64,000 nucleotides of DNA from Podarcis bocagei. Lineage: Eukaryota. The DNA lies in the NCBI GenBank assembly GCA_964188305.1, contig OZ076893.1. The stretch is one strand, 5' to 3'. The translations under genes and the position numbers were made by a program. Shown one piece after another: positions 23,859 to 35,716 of this stretch. Under the pieces are notes generated by a model, which did no database searches, was not told where the DNA came from, and saw only the letters and a program-made list of their open reading frames with translations. How positions within the stretch are numbered: the first letter of the stretch is position 1; each line of letters starts with the position of its first letter.

Positions 23859-24021
23859 AAAAACTTGTTGGATATTGAGAAGAAGCTGAAAGAGTTGGAA
23901 CCTATTTCTCAAACTAATAGCAAAGGGAAAAAAATACTTATTCAAGATATAGAAGACTCAGATGGTGATGAAGAACTAGGAGGAAATGAAGCAGAATGTG
24001 AAAATGGCAGTGGAGATAAAA
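23859..24021 (+). CDS. SPAG1: SPAG1 coding exon 9
   Basis: KNLLDIEKKLKE...KGKKILIQDIEDSDGDE...GSGDK. Confidence 0.92.
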
Positions 24022-24040
24022 GTAATTTTAACTTGTTAAC

Positions 24041-24454
24041 TGTTAATGGAAGGACATGGAGCTGACTGTAGTGTCACCTCACTGGAAGATAGTACTTCAC
24101 ATCATCCCAGATTTGAGCAGTGTGAGATTCCAGGGGTTCCAAGCACTTACCCAGGGTTCGTGTTTCTCTCGGAATGAGGCACAGTGGAGACTGAGGTGTC
24201 TTTATTATATATGGTTTATTTACACATATATATGTATACCTGAGCCTACGATGGAGGGGTTCACAGCATTAACATCCCAAGAGGATCTTGCTTCCCGATA
24301 GCTATGGCCTGGAATTCAAACAGAAATCAAATATCTCTCTGACTCACCAGCTTCTCAACTTGTTTGTGTACAGTTCTTAGACATACTTTCAATCTGTAAT
24401 ATTGCACATTATTCCCCACCCACTCCAATTTTCCTTTTAAAAGTTTTCATAGCA
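24041..24454 (-). mobile_element. Possible solo LTR
   Basis: TG...CA with 4-bp direct repeat TAAC (24037-24040, 24455-24458); minus-strand AATAAA motifs near 24200-24220. Confidence 0.45.
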
Positions 24455-25515
24455 TAACCTCAGTTGTTTTGAATTCATATGTCTTTTAACAGTAGATTTG
24501 CAGACACTGGAGCTATTTTAAGAGGGAAACTCTCATAAAGTTGTGGTCTATTTTTGGTTTAAACAATTTTTGGTATTAAACCAAAAATTTTTGGTATTAA
24601 ACAATTTTGTTTAATATTTTGTGTTTAGATAAGTAAGAAATAAACATGTTCAATATTGCAAGTTTTACTTTTAAAATCTGGAATTATTTGTTTTAGGAAG
24701 ATGCTGCAAAATGATTATTTCACCTTTTTACGATCTCTTTAAAATGTCATTTCTTTAAGATGATTATTTCATACTATTATATGGGCTAACTAAGATAAAG
24801 CATATGGTAAATCTGTTTATCTGCTATACATTTTATAAATTGAATATTCATCGTTTCTAAAACTGATCTCCAAATTGTTCACTTTAAGCAATCTATTCCT
24901 TTTTTCAGAGAGTAGCAAGTGAATACAACTCTACTAGTATAAAAACTGTTAATTGGTTTATCCAGTACCATTTTGGCCCCTGTTTATCTATTCTAGACCA
25001 TTTGGATATGAATAGAAAGCCTTTTTGAAATAAAGGGTAGAAGAATTTATCCTTACCTTTTAGTGGACCTGAAACTGTATGTGAAACTTCACAATACAGA
25101 ACATGGCTTAATCTTTTTATATGTTTGATATAGTCTCAAAAAGGTAGATTGCAACTGTGACTTAAAATGCAGTTGTGATTTGCTGTCTAATTTGCTTGTC
25201 AGGCCAAATTTTAAGTTGAGCATCTAGTATTTAAAAGGTTAATTTCAAGGTGATTGTATACCATTCAGAAGAGAGTAGTGCCAGTTCTTTAAAAATACTG
25301 ATTTGACAGTGTTAAATTCTCACGATGGCAAACTGTTTATACTTAGCTGTGCTGTCTAAAAAGACTGCAGAAAATGTTATCTTTCATTGAATTCATTTCA
25401 GTAAGCTAATATGTGTGATATACCGGTACATGCTTTTAATCCACCCCTCCTTTGCTTTTACAATGGTTCCTTCTGATGATGCAGAGTCTAACCTAGCCGA
25501 TTAACTTCCTTGTAG

Positions 25516-25935
25516 AAACTGCTGTGCTAGTGGGAGGAGAGATCACAACTGAGAAGACAGAAATGGGGAATGCACAAAAGAAGTTTCCCAGCAAAGGAGA
25601 TGGCTGTAAATGGGAACACAAGGAAGCTCAGAAGCTCAGAGACCCTTTGGAGAATAGTGTTAAAAAAGGCACACCTGAAAAAAAGACAGCCAAGGTTTTA
25701 CGGGATTCTGAAAATGAAGTAAATGGCTATCTGGGCAGTGACAAAAATAATAGTGAAAACAAGGAAGTAGTACAGAAAAATGCAGAATCTTCAGCAGCTG
25801 GAAAAAACAGTTCTACTTTGCTCCCTTCCACTGCAGCAAAACTGAAAGCTGAAGGAAATGAATTATTTAAAAATGGACAATTTGGAGAGGCCGTCCTCAG
25901 ATACTCAGAAGCAATTGAAAATGTGATTAGTTCTG
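25516..25935 (+). CDS. SPAG1: SPAG1 coding exon 10 (linker, start of TPR2)
   Basis: ...EMGNAQKK...LKAEGNELFKNGQFGEAVLRYSEAI. Confidence 0.94.
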
Positions 25936-26295
25936 GTGAGTTAAATCTTTATGCAATTCTTATGGTGATTTTAAAATGTATCCTTTCTTCAATTAATAAT
26001 TTTCTAGGAGAAAACTGAATTTCTCTGTAATAATTATGTAGTTGTGAAAATATTCATATACAGTTGCCACAAGAATCAGATTTATTGTGTAGAATTTCAT
26101 TGTAACTGAATTATGGCTGCATATTAAAGCAGTAGGATGTATTTATAGGTGATCCACTAAAAAAAGATCCTTGAAGCTTTGCTTCATCAGCACAATTGCA
26201 CTACTGCAATGCAACTTACAATCTAATGAAGTATTTTATACTAATAAAACTTGATTTCAGTGATCATAATCCACTGTAATTTTTTGTAATTTAAG

Positions 26296-26395
26296 GAATC
26301 CAAAGTCCAGAGGATCTAAGTATTTTGTATTCAAACAGAGCAGCATGTTACCTAAAAGAAGGAAACTGTGTTGACTGCATTCAAGACTGTAACAG
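26296..26395 (+). CDS. SPAG1: SPAG1 coding exon 11
   Basis: IQSPEDLSILYSNRAACYLKEGNCVDCIQDCN. Confidence 0.95.
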
Positions 26396-26870
26396 GTAAA
26401 TACCATTCTTACGCAGATAAACAATCCCCCCCCCCATGATTTAACCTTCCTTTAAAGAGTTTAAACAGTTTGAAATGTGTAACCCCTATGAATATGATAG
26501 TGTTTCATCAGAATGTGTTGGAAATCACTTCCTTGCTAAGAGGGAGGAAGATGAGAAAGACAGTTAATATTTCTCCAAATTATATAAACATGTAAGGTTG
26601 GTTTGAATGTAAAATTAAAGCAAGTTCATTACAGAATTGTATGTAAGTTCCTATAGCTATTAATGCATTTTCCATTTGATTCCAGAGCCTAGAATTATGT
26701 TTGATATTATCCAGAACGTTTTAAGTAGTTGCATCATAATTGCAACATGATTGCAATTGTGTTGCAGTGGTTCCCAGAAAACACATTCTTGGTCTCTTAA
26801 GTATGGTGCAGTATAGGGTATAGTTCTGACGGCAAATGTCTTGAATCCTTTCTCTCATCTAGAACATGAG

Positions 26871-27068
26871 GGGAAGGGTGTAGCTCAGTGGTAGAGTATC
26901 TGCTTTTGCATGCTGAAAGTCCCAGGTGCGGCTCTTGGCACCTCCAGATAGGAGTGGGAATGTTCGCAGTTTGAAACCTAGGGAAGTCGTCACCAGTCTG
27001 TGTATACAATACTGACCTAGATTGACTAATGATCTTACTCAATACAAGGCAGCTTCATAAATTCCTAA
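26871..27068 (+). mobile_element. Squamate tRNA-derived SINE (Squam3-like)
   Basis: GTAGCTCAGTGGTAGAG...CTGCTTTTGCATG head; related minus-strand copy about 44800-44986. Confidence 0.7.
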
Positions 27069-28581
27069 CTTGCTGCTGGCTTTTCTAAAATGTATCCTCT
27101 TATACAGTGAATGTATTTAATCAGTATCTAATGAGTTAGCTATAGCTGTCCAGGCCTTGCCTTGTTAAATGTAGACATTAGACGGTCAATGTATTTTATA
27201 CAGGGGTAGCCAGTGTGATGCCCTCCAGGTGTTATTAGACTGCACTGCCTGCCAGCCTCAGGCAGCATGGTCATGATGAGGAATGATTGGAGTTGTAATC
27301 CAATAACGCCTGGACTCTGGAGGATGCCATGTTGGCTACCTTGTGTTAGGATTTCTGATTTAATTTCTGTTTTAATAGAGTTAAATTTCTGATTTAATAA
27401 GCATTTTTTTGGATCACAGTTTTCTTTAATAGCTCTTGAATCTCACAGGCAACATATAATTCATAATTGTTAGGCAACTCACACAAGCTTTCAGGTGTCA
27501 GAGTTGTCCGAGACAACTAATCATTGTTATATAAAAATAAGTACAAAAGAGGTTGGCATCTTTAATTGCACCAACTTTTGTTGGTTTAGGAATTTGAGAG
27601 TTTTAGAAGTTACAAAGAACTTGTAGTAAGGGGTTGTGATAACATTGGAGGCAGTGCTTAACTCTGTCATTACTCACTGCTCAGAACTCTGCCTTGAAAA
27701 TAATGGACAGAGAGTGTAATCATAAAATTCTTTACTGAGAAGCTTTTGTTACTTAATGCTGAATGAGCTAAGAAGGATGAGCGGTAGGAGTAGGGACCAG
27801 TTTTAAATATTAAAACTGTATCCCAAATTACTGAATGGTGAGATTGGCGAGTCTGTTTTCTAAATATTCTCCAGGGGAGGAATGGAATTATCTGATGCTT
27901 CAGGAGGGGCTCAAAAAAGGAAATCGCCAGAAAATTCTCAGAAAATTCTTTGAGAAATTCCAGCTCAGCCACTCACCCACCTGCTGAAGTTCCTCACCAC
28001 TGAAACTACGAAGATAGGCTTGAAAGTTGTGTGCAGTGCCTTAAGTCTTAGAAGGCAGAGAGTGGGCACAGCAGGATTTCCAGAGCTAAGCACCTTGGTT
28101 TGGTGTTTTGCATAACTCTTGTCCCTCCCTATGATTACCTGACACATAATAAATTATGCAAACAGGGGAAATATTTCTAAACAGTCTTAATTTGCATAAT
28201 TTATATAAGCCACAGAATTCTGCTTTTCTTGATTCAAATGTTTATTTGAATTCAAGTCCTACCTAACATTGTTCATATTATTACATAAATGCTTAGAGTT
28301 CTCAGAACAAGTGCTTCTCCCTCCATTATAAAAATACCAAAATGTTGGATGTTACTCTTTTATGATATCTTTATTAAAGCTACAGAGTTCATCATATAAT
28401 GGGATGAACCATTTGTAGGTAAATACTGTATATAGCAGTATTGTGTATTTTCATGTAGGGGTGACAAATTCAGGTACTATTACTTGTAAAGATAATTTGG
28501 ACCAAGTAATTGGCAGTTGTGTATATTGCAAGGAGACAGTAATAAATAAATACTTTTTTCAGCTATTAGGCTCTGGGTGTA

Positions 28582-28798
28582 CAGTGGTACCTCTAGTTGT
28601 GAACTTAATCCGTTTCAGGGTGCCGTTCACACCCCAAAAAGTCTGCAACTAGAGCGCCTCTTCCGCGCATGTGCGCGGCGCGATCAAGCACTTCTGTGCA
28701 TACACACGTGGTGAACCTGGAGTAAACACTTCCGGGTTTGCCACGTTTGTAAGCTGAAAGTTCATAACAAGAGTGGAACGCAACAAGAGGTCCCACTG
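28582..28798. mobile_element. Tc1/mariner-pogo-type MITE
   Basis: TIR CAGTGGTACCTCT / AGAGGTCCCACTG; TA flanks. Confidence 0.85.
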
Positions 28799-28942
28799 TA
28801 TTTTGTACCTGTACATACTTAACGTTCTGCAACTATAACAATCTGCAAGCTATATAGATATAGATACAGATAACAACAACAACAACTAATAATAATAATA
28901 ATACAATTTCTTATTTATACCCCGCCCATCTGGCTGGGTTTC

Positions 28943-29080
28943 CAGGGATGGGGAATCTGTGGCCCTCCAGAAGTTGTTGAACTCCAACTCCCACCAGCCT
29001 CAGCCAACATGGCCAATGGTCAGGGATGATAGGAGCTGTAGTCCAGTAGCATCTGGAGGGCCATAAATTCCCTACTCCTG
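28943..29080. mobile_element. hAT-type MITE inserted in an L2-like 3' tail
   Basis: CAGGGATGGGGAA..TGTGGCCCTCCAGA / TCTGGAGGGCCA...CCTG; decayed relative about 27200-27345. Confidence 0.75.
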
Positions 29081-29392
29081 ACCTAGATACTACTTTAAGC
29101 ACGACAACCATTAATCCTCTGAGTTGCTTCTCTGCTAATAAGTATCACTCAGTTTAAATCTGTCTCTTATCTATATGATTAATAGACTTTCCTTTATATT
29201 GTCCCAATATAAAAAATAATATAATAAAATAGCAATAGACCGCTTGGTCCATTATTTCCTTTCCCTTCGATTTATTTTAGGATAGGTCCATATCTGAAAC
29301 ATACATGTTTATAAGCATATCAAAATTCTGCATGTTTTTTTCTGTGTTTTTCTTTCAAGTATTTGTAATAACTTCTGGCCATTTGTCCTTAG

Positions 29393-29545
29393 TGCACTAG
29401 AACTTCATCCATATTCTCTGAAACCTCTTCTGCGTCGAGCAATGGCCTATGAGTCTATGGAACGATATCGGCAGGCATATGTTGATTATAAAACAGTACT
29501 ACAAATAGACAGTGGAATCCAGGTAGCAAATGACAGTGTTAACAG
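29393..29545 (+). CDS. SPAG1: SPAG1 coding exon 12
   Basis: ALELHPYSLKPLLRRAMAYESMERYRQAYVDYKTVLQIDSGIQVANDSVNR. Confidence 0.96.
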
Positions 29546-30649
29546 GTAAAACCATTTATAACATGAACATAAAATTGTAGCATACCAATGTGGAACGACT
29601 ACAAGCTTCAGTGTCAGTTCATCTAAATGGACTTCATATACTGATCTGTTGAATGGGGACAAAAATCTTTTGTGGCCAGGTGTCTGTTTAGTGATAATCT
29701 AATTCTGTATATATATAGCCATATGATGGGTAGAAATAATTAAAAATGGGGGCTGTATACTGCTTCCTTTACTGCATACCCTCCTTTTAAAATTCATCTA
29801 TTTTTTGTGCTGTTTTTAGTTGCTTTTATTCTGTTCTGTACGTTACTTTGAGATATATATGTGGAAGGTGATTTAGTAAATATGCTCACCACCATCAGTT
29901 TCTCTGCCTTATTTAGCAGTAGTGGTTTTGATGTAAAGTGGTTTGGAGTCACCCAGGTTGGTGAACCTGAGAGAATTAATTATACATTTGTCTGGAGAAT
30001 TTCAGGATTTCATGGCTGCATGACCACCATGGGTCAGCCTCAATCATTATTGAGCTTCATGCTTCTGGCAGGTTATAATGTTGATACAGTGTTTTGTACT
30101 TGACAGAATGATGGGTTCTAGGGAACTTGATGTGGTCCCCTTATAATGAACAGATTGCTGCCTCACAGTGTTAAGGTTCTCTGGGACCTCTAATCTCTGC
30201 AGGGGTGGGGAACCGATTTAGAACAGTTTGCCTGGGAATGGATGCATCTAAATGGATTCTTGGTGCTTCTTTGGGAGTTTTCTATTTCCAATGTCTAGCA
30301 GTCCTGTTGGACCCCTAGCCTACCTCTAGAATGGGGAAATGACTAGGGCAGTTGACATGATTGCTTCTAAATCTCTACTTCACTTTTTAAAGCCCAGCTC
30401 CAGTTTCTGGGATGATTGAAACAGTGAAATAGCAGGTACATCAGCTAGACACACAGTGGTGAAATATTCAAAGTGAATCCAACCCAACACAGACTAGAAC
30501 CCATTTTCAGACTCTTTGGTGGTACTCAGTGGTAGTAGTGATGGTGGCTATTAAATGTTACTGTTCCATCATAATTTGGTCCGTGTGATTTTGGCAAGTG
30601 TAGCTTTTCCGAGTGGTGAGAGGGCATTTACCCTTACTGTAACTGATTT

Positions 30650-30800
30650 CATAGAATATTATAAACATATAATTGTAAAGTTTGAAGGGACCACAAGAGA
30701 CATCTCATCCAACCCCCCCTTCAATATAGGAATCTTTTTGCCTAATGTGGGGCTGAAACCCACAACCCTGAGATTAAGAGTCTCATGCTCTAACAACTGA
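30650..30800 (-). mobile_element. tRNA-Lys-derived SINE with CR1-type tail
   Basis: Reverse complement reads GAGCATGAGACTCTTAATCTCAGGGTTGTGGGTT; plus-strand relative at 49065-49155. Confidence 0.65.
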
Positions 30801-31269
30801 TCTGTTGTCTACACTTGTTTACAAGACATTTCCTGCATGAAGTCGCTCACATCCACTCTGTCTTGAATGCCATAGTAATTGCAGAATCATTATGTGCATT
30901 TAGAACTCTTGCTCACCCTGTTATTATGGATACACTTCATCTTGCGCATCATTGGAGGTTTGAAGCCTACAACAGGCAAGGATCGATTGTACACATAATA
31001 GCCTTATACCTCCAAGGATCTTGCAGCAAGAGGTGGAATGATTGGTTGGGTGAATCTGTAAATGCTTCTTTGAGAGAAGGCAGGAAAGGAAGTTATGGTG
31101 AAAAGGTGACTGGCAATGTTTTCTTGGATGCCACCAATCTGGGCAATTAGTCGTCTGTGTCCTGCATACCCTTTTTGGACAAAGTGCGTAAGCATCTAGT
31201 GATGGCACCCAGCAGTAACAAATATTTATTATGGCCGTAAACCAGCATAAATGACACCCAAATTCTTTA

Positions 31270-31460
31270 TATTTCTAGATAGAGGGCATTTAGATCCTTT
31301 TCAGTCTGGTTTCTTGTTTGGATTTGGGACAGAGACTACTTTGGTTGTCCTGGTAGGTGACCTTCATAGAGAACTGAACAAGCAAATAGTGTCCCTCTTG
31401 GACAGATGCTTTCAATGTCTGCTGAAGACTTATGTTTTTGCCCAGGCTTTCCCTGACTCA
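31270..31460 (+). mobile_element. L2/CR1-clade RT fragment joined to a 3' end
   Basis: LDPFQSGFLFGFGTETTLVVLVGDLHREL (QSGFRxxxxTETAL motif). Confidence 0.75.
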
Positions 31461-33619
31461 TTAAGTTTTACAAGTTTGAAATCATCCAGATTTCTGCTTT
31501 ATTTGCTTTTATGTGTTTTACTATTTCTTGCGGGTCTTAGGTTGTGTTTTTGTTTTAATGAAATATTGTTCCTTTTTAGACTGTATACCATTAGTTATTT
31601 AAAAATACTAAGTGATATATACGTACATGTTTTTAAATAAAACATGCATATAATCTTGTGCAACATCCTTTTCTGTGGATGTAACTCCCACGTTGCTGGG
31701 GATATTTGTACGAAGAAGCCTGCATGTATTGGAGCAGAATACCACTGCAGAGGTTTGCTATGAATGCAGCTTTCAAAATGAAACCATTTGGCCTAAACAT
31801 CTTGATTAATGTACTAATAAGTTTGCTTTATTGCTGTGATAACTGTATTGGCACAATAAATTTAGTGCAGTTTTAGTTTCCCCGTAAATTGATCTCTAGT
31901 GTATTGCCAGATTTAATCTTAAGATCTGTACTGTACATTACTGTATTAATAGGGAGCCTTTAAGAAAAGTGGTTTCTTGTTGACCACTCAGTTAAGTGTT
32001 TCTTGCACTAAAGGCCAATTATTAATGTACATAATATACCTATATGTCTGTCACCATTGAAAGTCTAATATTAGTTTGAGGAACCATAATAATAACCCCA
32101 CTTCACTTTTGGGACACACTACTTGGAAACTGAACTGACATGCCAATTAGGGAGCTATCTACCAAGATCTGCTACTATAAAGTTTTTTTTTCTTTCCTAG
32201 CACACTTTGGATGTTATTAAAAAGGGGGTAATCATTAAAAATAATAATTTTCAAGTTATAAAACTGCTTATATATAATAAATAATTCCCTTTTATTTTTG
32301 TCACCTGAGATGATTATATATGTCTCTTAAGTGCTATCAATTTTAGTTCATGTTTTAAGTTTTATTAAATATGGCTCTTGTGATTGCTCAAGATACTATT
32401 TTTCCATCATTTGTCCAAACAAGAGCTTAGGTTCATAACCCTGGAATTTTAATGAGTTTACAGTTGGAGCTTTGTAAGAGTTTAACATTCCAACACTAAG
32501 TCATATGTGCAATATTTCCATTTTATCTTGTATTCATCACACTGAATAACATTTTTTAATGTTCAATCCACAAAACATTGTAGGCCATACAATGTATTTT
32601 AGACTAGCTTGGATAGCCTTTTGTACTGTGGTTGTCTGGTGCAGATGTAAACTATTTGAAACTAAACCCTGTGATATTTAAAGAAATAAACAGTGTTCAT
32701 GGCATGTCCATCAGTCTTTGAAAAGTGCTTGAGAGATTTGTGTCTTGCTTTGGTTAAACAGAAAATGTTTTATTCCATATTTGCTTTGAGAAATGGTGGG
32801 AAGCACCCAGTGTTAATAGACCCACTGAAAACCTTGGGCTTAACATAACTTGCCCATTGATTTCAGTTGTCCAGCTCTGAATATGACTGACATCAAATAT
32901 CACTGAATATATTTAATTGGTGCTCTGTATATTCAGGTGTTTTCTGTCATGTGAAATAGATGAAGTAGAAATTGGAGGTCATAAACTTAGGATTTCCATT
33001 CTTTTCATCTTATATTTGCATTTAGATGTTTTAAGAATTACTCCAAATACCTTCTACATTCTTGCTTCTTATGATGGCTTCTCCTGCGTAATTCTGAACA
33101 CATGGACTCCCCAGCCCCTCTCTAGGTCTTACTTATGCTTTTGCTTCACTGCTTATTGCTCTCTTCCTGGCAACCCATCTCCTTATTTCAGCTGCTTCCT
33201 TCTCCTTCTGGTAATTCATTTTCAGCTTGCAAAGTATTTGTTTCTGCACTATGTGAAATAGAATTAAACTAAGTTGACATAGTATTATAAAACATGAAGT
33301 TTGAAAAAATACTCTTTTGGTTTGAATTTGATTCCTATGAAGTAATTATTGAATACCTCAAAATATATGAGTGGAATGCTCCTAGCAATACAAAATAAAC
33401 AGAATCTGATTATCTTGGGGCTGATTTGTGTGTACTATGCACGTGGTTCTCACTGAGTCTGAAAGAGATAAACAGTTCAATGTGGCTTTCATGCTTGTAC
33501 TTAGTTGACATATTCAATAGATAATTCCAGTTACAGATAGGTAGCCGTGTTGGTCTACCATAGTCAAAATAAAAAAAATTCCTTCCAGTAGCACCTTAAA
33601 GACCAACTAAGTTAGTTCT

Positions 33620-33661
33620 TGGTATGAGCTTTCGTGTGCATGCACACTTCTTCAGATACCA
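33620..33661 (-). ncRNA. Minimal type I hammerhead ribozyme motif (Penelope-type)
   Basis: UGGUAU-CUGAAGA-A-GUGUGC-AU-GCACAC-GAAA-GCUC-AUACCA: 6-bp stem I, hairpin stem II, palindromic AGCU in place of stem III. Confidence 0.75.
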
Positions 33662-33702
33662 GATATCTGAAGAAGTGTGCATGCACACGAAAGCTCATAC
33701 CA
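33662..33702 (+). ncRNA. Second hammerhead motif on the SPAG1 sense strand (shortened stem I)
   Basis: CTGAAGA 33667-33673, stem II, GAAA 33689-33692, predicted cleavage after C33696. Confidence 0.6.
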
Positions 33703-33967
33703 AGAACTAACTTAGTTGGTCTTTAAGGTGCTACTAGAAGGAATTTTTTTATTTTGTCAATAGATAATGTTATTGTTACTAGCATTCTAAAGATAACATG
33801 GGTATGGATAATAAATAAAAACAGCTTAATGTGATTTTTCAAAAAGATTTTTAAAAACTTGAATGCATACCATTTAAATTGTTGCAGTATTTTAATTACC
33901 GTACCTAATTAGTTTACTGCATTTTATTGCCGTCAGTGAAAAAAAACAACACCTTGTTTTTCTCTAG

Positions 33968-34143
33968 GATAACAAGAACTTTAATAGAGGAGGATGGCCC
34001 AAATTGGAGGGAGAAGCTATCCCCGATTCCTGTTGTTCCAGTTTCTGCTCAGTTACATTGGTGGGATGGAGGAAGTGTTACTGCAGAGCCAAAGCAGAAG
34101 AAAAATGCAGCCAAGCATGGAGATCAACAGTCACATTTTCCTA
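33968..34143 (+). CDS. SPAG1: SPAG1 coding exon 13
   Basis: ITRTLIEEDGPNWREKLSPIPVVPVS... Confidence 0.94.
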
Positions 34144-34497
34144 GTATGTGTAACATGATTGTTGATAAATGTTTTATTTGAGAAAGCTTAATACTTGGGA
34201 AATTCCTGCTAGTAACAAAAGAGCTGCATATATAGCTTTCATACTCTCACTGCAGTGTCCTTGCATGGGCTGGGGGAGGGAGTTCTTAACTTTTGCTTCC
34301 TCTACAACTTTCTTGTTCCCCCAAAGCCTGGATTATCCAGTGAAAAGCGTGATGGTATGAACTTGGTCTTAAGAAATAGATCCATACCCTATGAATTCCA
34401 GCCTTGCTTTCTGATTGCCGCAAAACTAGTGCATGAATGTTCTCCCTACTCAAGTTTGCCGATGACTGACAATCTGTTTATCTGTTTGGGAAAATAG

Positions 34498-34639
34498 ATG
34501 AAAAACCAGAAGAAATGTTCAAGTCACTTAAGAATAAAGGAAATGAATTTGTGAAAAAGGGTAACTATGAAGAAGCATTGATAAAGTACAATGAATGCAT
34601 CAAATTAAATTCCCAGGAACAGACTATCTACACCAACAG
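34498..34639 (+). CDS. SPAG1: SPAG1 coding exon 14 (start of TPR3)
   Basis: EEMFKSLKNKGNEFVKKGNYEEALIKYNECIKLN...IYTNR. Confidence 0.93.
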
Positions 34640-34880
34640 GTAAGGAGAATTTTAAAACACTATCAGATGCAACTCAGCTTATTCAGATCAGCAGGCATTT
34701 GTCATTCATTTTAGTGGGAAATTGATTTTGTCCAACTTTAATTTTGTAATTGAAAGCTAGTTACATTGCCGTTCTGTTATATGAAAGTCTATGCCTTTAT
34801 ATTAAGACGTTTATACTCTGCTATGCAGGGAGGCCCATAAACATCTGGGCACACAATTCTCATATTGCCTTTCCAACTAG

Positions 34881-35122
34881 TAATCGTACCTCGGTTTTTG
34901 AACAGCTTAGTTCATGAACAACTTGGAACTCGAATGCTGCCAACCCGGAAGTAGATGTTCTGGTTTGCGAACTTTGCCTTGGAAGCCGAACGTCAGGCGC
35001 GGCTTCCGATTGGCTGCAGAACACTCCTACAGCCAACCGGAAGCTGCACCTTGGTATCCGAATGTTTTGGAAGTCGGGCAGACTTCCGGAACGCATTCTG
35101 TTTGAAAACCAAGGTACGACTG
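34881..35122. mobile_element. Tc1/mariner-pogo-type MITE
   Basis: TCGTACCTCGGTTTT / AAAACCAAGGTACGACTG-TA termini. Confidence 0.75.
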
Positions 35123-35287
35123 TATATCAGAATCAAACTTAGGTTGGCCATTTAGCCATTCTTATAACTACAACTATACACATTTCTTAATATACAAATG
35201 ATGGGACTTTGAGAATTGGCCTCGGGGTTCTATGGGTGCTACCCTATGTTCTTACAGTGCTTTTTCTTTTTTCTTTTTACTCTATAG

Positions 35288-35414
35288 GGCCCTTTGTTAT
35301 TTGAAGCTGTTTCAATATGAAGAAGCCAAAAAGGATTGTGATCATGTTCTTCAGATTGATGACTCTAACATAAAAGCTTTATACAGAAGAGCTCTAGCAT
35401 ACAAAGGATTACAG
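35288..35414 (+). CDS. SPAG1: SPAG1 coding exon 15
   Basis: ALCYLKLFQYEEAKKDCDHVLQIDDSNIKALYRRALAYKGLQ. Confidence 0.96.
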
Positions 35415-35716
35415 GTAAGAAAAGAGTTTTAGCTCTTAACTTGCTCAGTGTTAGTTATAGCATAAATGATAACATTTAAATTATCAAAAGTTTGAAGGAG
35501 GGAGAATTCGTGTTGTTTGAAGAAACAGAAATGGAAAAATGCTGACTGCTGATTTGGAGGAACACTGTGTGGTAGTCACAGCATCACTTGACCTGGTCTT
35601 AATGCCAGTTCTTACTATGTTTTGCTATGTTTCATCTTTCTGAGTATTTGTAATTTTTGTGATATTTCCAGCTATTCAGTTTATAAGGCCCATAATTGAC
35701 TTTTTAAACATTTCAG

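Larger units (their letters stand above)
33526..33756. mobile_element. Penelope-like element pLTR inverted-repeat insertion
   Basis: 94/93-bp inverted arms (33565-33658, 33664-33756) with 5-nt loop; perfect 12-bp TSD TCAATAGATAAT (33514-33525, 33757-33768). Confidence 0.85.
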
